Positions 55,371-64,000 of a stretch of 64,000 nt of DNA are shown one piece after another. Made by a program: the position numbers and the translations under genes. Every line of letters starts with the position of its first letter. Within the stretch, counting starts at the first letter, position 1. The notes beneath the pieces were generated by a model that saw nothing but the letters and a program-made list of their open reading frames with translations, searched no databases and had not been told where the DNA came from. The DNA comes from Octopus sinensis (lineage: Eukaryota), in assembly GCF_006345805.1 (NCBI RefSeq), contig NC_043008.1:12896001-12960000 (forward strand). The letters are read 5' to 3'.

Positions 55371-55765
55371 ATAAATGCCTTGAACATAGTAGGGAGGGTA
55401 AATGCCTTGAACATAGTAGGGAGGGTAAATGCCTTGAACATAGTAGGGAGGGTAAATGCCTTGAACATAGTAGGGAGGATAAATGCCTTGAACATAGTAG
55501 GGAGGGTAAATGCCTTGAACATAGTAGGGAGGTAAATGCTTTAACATAGTAGGGAGTAATGCCTTGACATAGTAGGGAGGATAAATGCCTTGAACATAGT
55601 AGGGAGAGTAAATGCCTTGAACATAGTAGGGAGGGTTACTGCCTGAACATAGTAGGGAGGATTAAATGCCTTGAATAGTAGGGGAGGTAAATGCCTTGAA
55701 CATAGTAGGAGGATAAATGCCTTGAACATAGTAGGGAGGGTAAATGCTTGAACATAGTAGGGAGG
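55344..55765 (-). repeat. 27-bp minisatellite x~16 built from the 5'-terminal 27 nt of the truncated Dong element
   Basis: Unit (+) gtaaatgccttgaacatagtagggagg; on minus it encodes LPTMFKAFT, and the last unit is in frame with the RT (..KAFTAVISQRL). No spacers. Confidence 0.93.
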
Positions 55766-55963
55766 TTATTATTATTATTATTATATATTATTATTATTAT
55801 TATTATCATATTATTATTGTTGTTGTTGTTATTATATTAGTTATTATTATATTACTATTATTATATTATAATCATTATTATTATTATTGTTGTTATTATT
55901 ATTATTGTTATTATTACTATTATAATTATTATTATTATAATTTATCATTATTATTATTGTTAC

Positions 55964-56013
<50 letters not shown>
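55766..56013. repeat. (TAT)n microsatellite (Dong 5' flank)
   Basis: Direct reading. Confidence 0.95.
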
Positions 56014-56017
<4 letters not shown>

Positions 56018-56357
56018 AGAGAGGATTCTGCACACTTTGGGTCTACCAAATTTCTACACAAAGCATTGCTTGATGTCATCCTTCTCATTCTCTTAATCAT
56101 CATCATTATCATCATCACCATCATCGGCAATTGTTAGGTAGCCAAAATAGTAAAAGAGCCAACGTTGTTGACAATTGTATCAAGGTTATCATCATCATCG
56201 CCATAATCACGACCACCACTACCGACAACAACAACAACAACAACATGTATCACAGCAACAACTCTGAAAAATTTCAGGAAACACACTAAGTGGAAGATTG
56301 ACAAGTGGAGAATTTGAGTTTCACACTGAAAACAATAAGAGAAGGAGACGGCCATGA

Positions 56358-56801
56358 CGAAGAAGAAGACGAAGAAGAAGACGAAGAAGAAGAAGAAGAA
56401 GAAGAAGAAGAAGAAGAAGAAGAACAACAACAACAACAACAACTACAACAACAGCAACAACAACAACGTGCAGGAAAAGAAGAAGAAGAAGAAGGAGGAG
56501 GAGGAGGAGACGACGACGACGTTGAAGAAGAAGAACAACAACAACAACAATGAGGAGGAGCAGGGGAGGAGGAGAAGGAGAAGAAGAACAACAATAACGA
56601 GGAGGAGCAGGGGAGGAGGATAAGAAGAAGAACAACAACAACAACGAGGAGGAGGAGAAGAAGAAGAAGAAGAAGAAGGAGAAGAAGTAGAAGGAGAAGG
56701 AGAAGAAGAAGAAGAAGAAGAAGAAGAAGAAGAAGGAGAAGAAGTAGAAGGAGAAGGAGGAGAAGAAGAAGAAGAAGAAGAAGAAGAAGAAGAAGAAGAA
56801 G

Positions 56802-56835
<34 letters not shown>

Positions 56836-56860
56836 GTAAGAACAAAAACAACAACAACGT
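56358..56860. repeat. (GAA/CAA/GGA)n trinucleotide block
   Basis: Direct reading. Confidence 0.93.
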
Positions 56861-57743
56861 CAAAAGGACCAAAGATTTATTGAGTGCGATCTCATTATTC
56901 AGGAAAGAAATTTAATAAAGCGGTTTAGAAATCTCAGCATGTCTTGTCTTTCAATGTTTACCTGTTAATTAATGATAAATTACGGGCGATTATATGAGTT
57001 GACTTAGGGAGATTGTAGCATTTTTTCTCGTGGCAAGGTTGAGAAGAAATATTTGTATTTGAGTACAGAGAATGAGTGAATGAAGAATTAATAAAAGATT
57101 GAGCGAATCAGAGAGAGAAAGAAAGAGAGACAGAGAATCAGAATGTGGTAGAAAGACAATCAGAAAAAGGAAGGAGACGGCAGAGAGATGACCAAAGCGA
57201 AAGTGTTAGGAGCTGGGCAATGAAGAAGGTGGAAGGCAGAGGAGGGGATGAAACAGTTACGATAATAAAAGAACGAACACGGCGGAGACGAAGGGCATGG
57301 GAGTGAAATGTTTCTCAATTCCGGAATTCTTGAATGAAAATAGAAATGAATTTTCAATAGTTCGTATAGATTACATCAGCGTGGTTTCATTATTTACTAC
57401 TCCCATATATTTATCGGTTACTACCTCAACTGTACTCATGTGAGAGTTGATACTATTTATAGTAACAGGCTAAGAACTATAAGCAATGTAAGAATGGTGT
57501 AATGCAATATTTTTACTTTGTTTGCACTATACCTTTGGGAGTAAAAATAAAAGGGTAAGACCGTACTTAACGTTTAAAGTTGCGACACCACTGAGATCAA
57601 ATATATATTCGGTAAAAGAGAAGCTTCTGTGAACTACGGTCTGCGTATGGTGACTTGTGCAGAAAAAAAATTATTTGTAGTCTCACCTGATTCATATGCA
57701 TACACACGTGTGTTTATATATTTCTCAGTGTGTGTGTATAAGC

Positions 57744-57774
<31 letters not shown>

Positions 57775-57847
57775 TATATGCATTTATATATATAAATAAA
57801 TATATATATATATATAATTATATGTATATATATATATATATATATAA

Positions 57848-57919
<72 letters not shown>

Positions 57920-57931
<12 letters not shown>

Positions 57932-58130
57932 GGGGAGAGTTTACTAAAAAAACTAAAAACAAAGACAGGTGGTGTACAAAACAAACAGTTGTATTAGTAT
58001 AACGCTCAGGAATAGAAAATGTCTTTTACATTTCGAGCCTACGCTCTTCTACAGAAAGGGACACAGAAGAAACAAGGAGAGACAAAAAGGAGAGAAAAAT
58101 GTGTGTAGTGGCTAACGATCTATCATGGCG
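57920..58130 (-). mobile_element. Short Penelope-like/retrozyme-like element with variant HHR
   Basis: Starts after (TA)n; homologous to 40520-40745. Confidence 0.65.
58023..58058 (-). ncRNA. Hammerhead motif with altered core (A6 to U; ACGU to AUGU)
   Basis: Minus strand CUUU-CUGUAGA-A-GAGC-GUAG-GCUC-GAAA-UG-UA-AAAG; stems I and II identical to 40611-40646. Confidence 0.6.
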
Positions 58131-58147
58131 ACATATATATAGATAGA

Positions 58148-58198
58148 TACTTATAACATTATTCAGTTTATTTCAAGATATCTTGCCATTAGAGAAAG
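58148..58198 (-). mobile_element. ~50-bp 3' stub of the RLE family at 6887-7441
   Basis: cattattcagtttatttcaa is identical (20/20) to 6887-6906, followed by tcttgcca. Confidence 0.65.
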
Positions 58199-58204
58199 TA
58201 CATC

Positions 58205-58252
58205 GTCTCTGATGAAAGGATATCCCTAATACCCCAGAAACAGCTGTAAGAC
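58205..58252 (+). ncRNA. Hammerhead ribozyme motif of an unrelated family
   Basis: GUCU-CUGAUGA-AAGGAUAUCCCUAAUACCCCA-GAAA-CAGCUG-UA-AGAC: stem I GUCU/AGAC, palindromic ACAGCUGU stem III, GUA site; stem II imperfect. Element continues to (TA)n at ~58465. Confidence 0.62.
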
Positions 58253-58468
58253 TGTTTCGTTATATAAATGACCTGAAATTTCCATACAGCCTTGGCTTTG
58301 TTGTCTCATTGTGTTTAAAATATGCATGCTCATTCACGACCCGCCTTATACTCCTCACCCGCATCATTATCGAACCGAGAGTTTACTTAGGGTAATTATT
58401 TAGCACTTACATAGCGGTACCTACCACCGTCGATCTTCTGTAGGACATCACCTCTAATATTATATGAA

Positions 58469-58515
<47 letters not shown>

Positions 58516-59107
58516 CTACTATATGTACATGCATTCATATATATATATTTGTATGCAAATATATTTAAAGTTATGTTCATTCATGCATAAACTCATATAT
58601 ATTTACAGGTGTACACAGAGACCTACAGCAATTCACATACACATGCGGACGCAAATCTCACTTGCAAACAAAATTCACTCAGAACTGTCAAAGACCTGGA
58701 CGTTTTCCTGGTGAAATACCTCTTAAGATAAGCATCAGCCTTGAGATATTCTGCTTTTAATTTCCCAATCATTTATGACTTTAACAAAATTTCATAGATG
58801 GATTTGAATTTCTCCAGTATCCTTGATAGTTTGTTCGATTACGTATATGTGGCAATATTCTTTTGTTTCACTCCTACTATATTACTCTGCATCAAACATA
58901 TGTAATCAGTTATATCTCTCATTATAGATAAGAAACTACAGTTTACACATACCAGTATATATGTATATATATATATATATATGTGTGTGTTTGTGTGTGT
59001 GTGTGTGTGTGTGTTTGTGCGTGTGTGTGTGTGTGTGTCTGTGTGTTTGTGTGTGTTGTGTGCGTGTGCATATGTATATATATATATATACGAACATATA
59101 CATATAC

Positions 59108-59148
<41 letters not shown>

Positions 59149-59344
59149 AATAGATGTGCGTATTTTTACAATTAACACGAAAAAAATAGATAAATAGTTA
59201 CCAAGTAGCAAAAAATCACACAAGGAAAAAGGGCGAAACACCTTGTTTTTAAAGGTATAAACTCCCGGTTTACGTGAAATATTTTGTATAATATATATAA
59301 ATAAATAAATGGAGTAAAACGCAGGTGTTATTCAAATTCTTTTA

Positions 59345-59432
59345 CTTTCGACACATGTCTCGAAGATATCATTTGGTTTATTCCAAAGGAATAAAATGGT
59401 GTAAGACAATGTAATCTTCTCTTCAGGGAAAT
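59345..59432 (-). ncRNA. Hammerhead motif with branched/extended stem II; GAAA mutated to GAGA
   Basis: Minus strand CUGAAGA-GAAGAU-(loop with 8-bp hairpin UUUAUUCC-UUU-GGAAUAAA)-AUCUUC-GAGA-CAUGUG-UC. Element runs to (TA)n at ~59147. Confidence 0.55.
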
Positions 59433-60386
59433 GAAGAAATGAAACTTCGCTTTGGTTCCCTCAAAATATACGCATGATCTGAGTTTTTGGATAACTGCTT
59501 CGGTTTTGTGTTATTTTCGAATTGTTTTGAACATAATATATCATGAAACAGATTTTAAGCATAAAAATAGGTTTCATATGTCATTTCTAGGTGTGAAAAA
59601 ATTGTTTTCTCGGTGCAAGTTTAGACGTAGAAGGCCTCACTACTCTTCCATTGAAATTTAATAATAACACCATGCTTCATTCGGAATAAAATTATTCATT
59701 AACCTGAGGCATAAATGTACCAACTTAAGCACATTATATGGTGCAATTCACTTGTTTTCAAAATAGAATTATGTGTGTTATTTTTTAGGTCAAGAACTCT
59801 ATATTTTGTTCTATATTTTCATGCAAAATAATAAAAATATCTCAATACAAATATTATTTAATTAAAATAATAAATAAAATTGTTTTGTCTTAAAACAATT
59901 ATATTTCTCTCCATAAATAGCGTTCTCTTTGAAAAAAAATGCAGAAGCAAGAAAATAGAAACGCAGGTGCGATAACACTATTAATTAATTGAACCTGGTA
60001 AAGTACGAGACCATAAGAAATGCATCTGAAAAAATGCCGCAAATGATGTTTGAATTTGGATGTAAACATATGACTTGTTGATGTAGCTTGGATGGGAAAT
60101 GCAGGTTTCAAATTTTGGCACAAGGCCAGCTATTTCAGAGTGGGGAAAGGAAATATCATCGATCACAATGCTCAAATGGTACTTATTTTATCGATCTCGA
60201 AAAGATTAAATGGAATGTAGTCCTCGGCGTCATTTGATCTCTGAACGCAAAATTGGAAGAAATGCTGCTAACCGTTTTGTTTGGTGCACTAATTATTCTA
60301 CACGTTCTGCGCCTCAAAATGTAGGGAAAATACTAGAAGAAAAATATTCACCTTTCATAGCATGTGGGTGATATTTTTCAATATTT

Positions 60387-60592
60387 CTCTTCTACTCTTC
60401 TAGTTGTTTCAGTCATATGACTGCGGCCACGCTGGAGCACCGCCTTTAGTCGAGCAAATCGACCCCAGGACTTATACTCTGTAAGCCTAGTACTTATTCT
60501 ATCGGTTTATTTTGCCGAACCGCTAAATTACGGGGACGTAAACACACCAGCATTTATTGTCAAGCGATGTTGGGGGAAAAAACACAGACACA

Positions 60593-60631
<39 letters not shown>

Positions 60632-60831
60632 ACAAACACACACACACATATATATATATATACATATCTACGACGGGCTTCTTTCAGTTTCCGTCTACCA
60701 AATCCACTCACGCGGCTTTGGTCGGCCCGAGGCTATAGTAGAAGACACTTGCCCTATGTGCTACGCATTGGGACTGAAACCGGAACCATGTGTTTGGTAA
60801 GCAAGCTACTTACTACAGCCACTCCTGCGCC
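60387..60831 (-). mobile_element. SINE family A, full length
   Basis: Matches 10753-11135 and 27019-27491. Confidence 0.9.
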
Positions 60832-61494
60832 AATTTTAAGCGAATTTACAAATGATGCAAAAATAACAAACATTTTTTGTGCAAAGAATCCTTTCATATG
60901 CATCGAGACCGTGTCCAATGGTTCTTTTTCCGATTATGATGAAGTTAAACTAAATTTTGTACCATTTTGTAAAAGATTTCTCAACGTCATGTGTAACGTG
61001 GGATGAATTTCTGTGGGCATAAGATTCCTTTCTCTTTGACTCTCATAGAATAGAATTTTCCGTTTTAATGACAGAAAAGAGAACCCCAATCCAAAAACAT
61101 CATTTATTCATTGCTATTTCAACGCTGACAGAATACTACTGTATATTTTACTCTTGATGGTAATCTCTCCGAGGACGTGAAGAATTTTCTGCATGTTCTT
61201 GCTAAGGAACCTCCGCAAAGGAATTATTTTTATTAAGCAATTAGATCAAATCGACGTTGGCCGAACAGGTGCAGGGTATACCTCACATAAGGTGCCGAAG
61301 ATATCAGAGAGTAATGTGAGATGATGTGCTTTGCTCACGAATAAAGCGCACAAGAAATTGTAACTACTAACTTGCGATCGTGAGCGCATTGGCTTACCAT
61401 TTCTCTATACGCCCACGGATTTTGCTTCATACTAAGTAACTTAAAGTAGAGAACATGTGATTACTTATTCATCTCTTGATGAGCAGATATTTCT

Positions 61495-61727
61495 TATTTC
61501 TTTATTGCCCACAAGGGGCTAAACATAGAGGGGACAAACAGGAACATACAAAGGGATTAAGTCGATTACATCGACCCCAGTACGTAACCGGTACTTATTT
61601 AATCGACCCCAAAAGGATGAAAGGCACAGTCGATCTCTGCAGAATTTGAACTCGGAACGTAACTGTCGACGAAATACCACTAAGCATTTCGCTCGGGGAT
61701 CTAACGTTTCTGCCAGCTCGCCGCCTT
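61495..61727 (-). mobile_element. SINE family B with 16-bp TSD
   Basis: atgagcagatatttct at 61479-61494 and 61728-61743. Confidence 0.92.
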
Positions 61728-62022
61728 ATGAGCAGATATTTCTGTTTGACTAAATGGCGTCTCCACTGAACGGACGTCAGCACAAAAAATTATTTTAAAT
61801 TTGAAATAAGAAACGCTACATTTCTATGTTATACAGCTGTTTCTCTCCCACCTCCCTTCATGTATTATCATTTATTTTACTGAACGTAAATACATGGAGT
61901 CCCATAAAGAAATTTCTTCACAAGAAATGTTGGAATATAAAGCAGGTATATACATTTATAGTTCAATTAAACTAAAACCAACGTATTTTGCGAAATTTCA
62001 TCTCCAGTTATAGCTGCAACAC

Positions 62023-62076
<54 letters not shown>

Positions 62077-62505
62077 CACATACACATACACACACGTACA
62101 TACATACATACATATATGCATATATACATACATATATGCATGAATGCATGTATACATACAGGCATGCATACATGCATACATCTAGCCTTGTCACAAACTT
62201 TTCTAATTTTAATATATTATTATTATTCCTTTTACCAAATTTTCCCTGCGAGAATATATACATATGCAAAAATTCATTCATACATACATACATACATACA
62301 TACATACATACATAATACGTACATATATATTTATACTTGTGTGTATATATTAATATATATATATATGTATGCATGTATACACATATGTATATATGTGTAT
62401 GTGTGTGTATGTGAACGTGTCTGAAACATTTACCACACACCGCCCACAAATATTTATATACCCCCATGTGCTATGGACACGGCGTAAATATTTATACAAA
62501 TATAT

Positions 62506-62589
<84 letters not shown>

Positions 62590-64000
62590 TATATATACAT
62601 ATACATATACATATACGAATGTCAGAGCAATCATATTTTCCATACAAACACAGACGCAGGCACAAACAAAGACATCCTCACACACTCCGAATCCTCCACA
62701 TACAGATACTCTTAAATACAATCTCACATGAACTCATAGTTGACTGCACACTGTCAGGAAATGCTTAAAACAGGAGGATAAAAATGTTTATTCAATATAA
62801 CCATTTCAGCTTGAAGATGTAGCTTCTAATTTCGTAATGTTAATATCTTGATTTTCAAGCTGGTTGACTTCAAGGATATTTCGAGATGTTACCGAGGTTG
62901 TTTGTGTTGTAAACCATATATTTCACCAGATCATTTGCTACGAAAATATGTCGCAACTTTTATGATATTACTGTAGTTGCAATCAATATCAGATATTCGT
63001 TTCTGTAGATAACGAAGCTAATATTCTTACTTGTCACGCCGACAGTAAATCGAAAAGATGAAAAGTCTTATTTTACGCTAATCTAAGTATTTTACTCGCA
63101 TTACACGGCATTACACGACATGATAGATAATACGCTATCTGTCGTTGTACATTTCTTATTGAAACGTTCAGAATGTATAACATATCAACAAGCTTGTTGA
63201 TCCTTAAATATATTCCCCAGATATTCAGACTGAAATATAAACAAGCTTGTTGTTGATATAGTAATTCTTTAGCTCCATATTAGTCGTATAATCCAGGAAT
63301 TCCAGCTGTGACCATCCTGTCTCCATACTGTCTGCAGAGACCCAAAACCATATTGTGTAACAACGTGTTTCCTATGTCGATAGGGTGTGATTTTAGGCAG
63401 ACTCTCCTGTTTCTTTCAGGGCAAAAGGACGCGTAGAGATTTTCCAGTTGGCTTCTTTTAGATTGTTGTTATTGATGGAAATCATTCCAGCAGTATCAAC
63501 TCTGTAATGTAATGTATCTGTTTACCACCGCATGGGGGAGCTAAATGCAGCGAGCTAAGAGAATCATAAACGAGTCGATGAAAACGCTTAGCGACGTATG
63601 ACCCCAACTCTTAATGTTTTAAATTTAAATTTTATCGAGGTCTCCTTTGCCTTTCAACCCCTCGGGACTTATAGAACGAAGCACCCATCAAATACTGATT
63701 GTAATGTAATCGATTTGTCCCCTCCCATCAAAATAGCTGTTATTGAATCCAGCAACAAGCCGGTAAGCTGTTCAGATAATGTAGTGATCTCAGGCACTTT
63801 TATACCATGGAGACTGGTCAACAAGTTTTGTGTCCTCGGTTTTAATGAAAAATAGCGTAGTTAATGACCTCCTAATATGCAACAAAACACGTCTTTTGGT
63901 CCGAAAAACAGGGTGGAGTGAGGTGGAAGACTCGGAAATTTCATCCCATTGATCTTTTCACCACCACGATTCTCATTAAGAGAAAATAAACTCTGATTTT

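Noticed and set aside
55344-55765. 27-bp array as a CRISPR array or repeat-protein gene
   Set aside because: No unique spacers, no cas genes, eukaryotic context; the unit derives from the adjacent RT.
56305-56553. Acidic poly-E/poly-Q ORF
   Set aside because: Almost entirely (GAA)n/(CAA)n; no domain or splice support.
63393-63501. Possible terminal exon VDTAGMISINNNNLKEANWKISTRPFALKETGESA* (minus)
   Set aside because: Weak acceptor and no recognisable protein similarity.

Overview
AT-rich, microsatellite-saturated eukaryotic non-genic (intronic or intergenic) DNA. The repeat families look like those of octopod cephalopods (Octopus); this is inferred from recalled repeats, not a database search. 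I find no supportable host protein-coding gene, and nearly all ORFs in the track are microsatellite artefacts. The recognisable content is mobile DNA: (i) a 5'-truncated CR1/L2-group LINE with a nearly complete APE+RT ORF2 (46538-49650; one 1-bp frameshift); (ii) three R4/Dong-type RLE retrotransposon pieces in (TAA)n arrays, one capped at its 5' junction by ~16 tandem copies of its own terminal 27 nt; (iii) a second RLE family next to (TATG)n; (iv) four tRNA-derived SINE families; (v) Helitron-type elements and a decayed RepHel fragment. The main hidden signal is a set of seven hammerhead-ribozyme (HHR) motifs, from intact cores to degenerate ones, plus half-motifs. They come from several unrelated short Penelope-like/retrozyme-like families, and each lies ~40-215 nt upstream of a (TA)n run in ribozyme-sense orientation.
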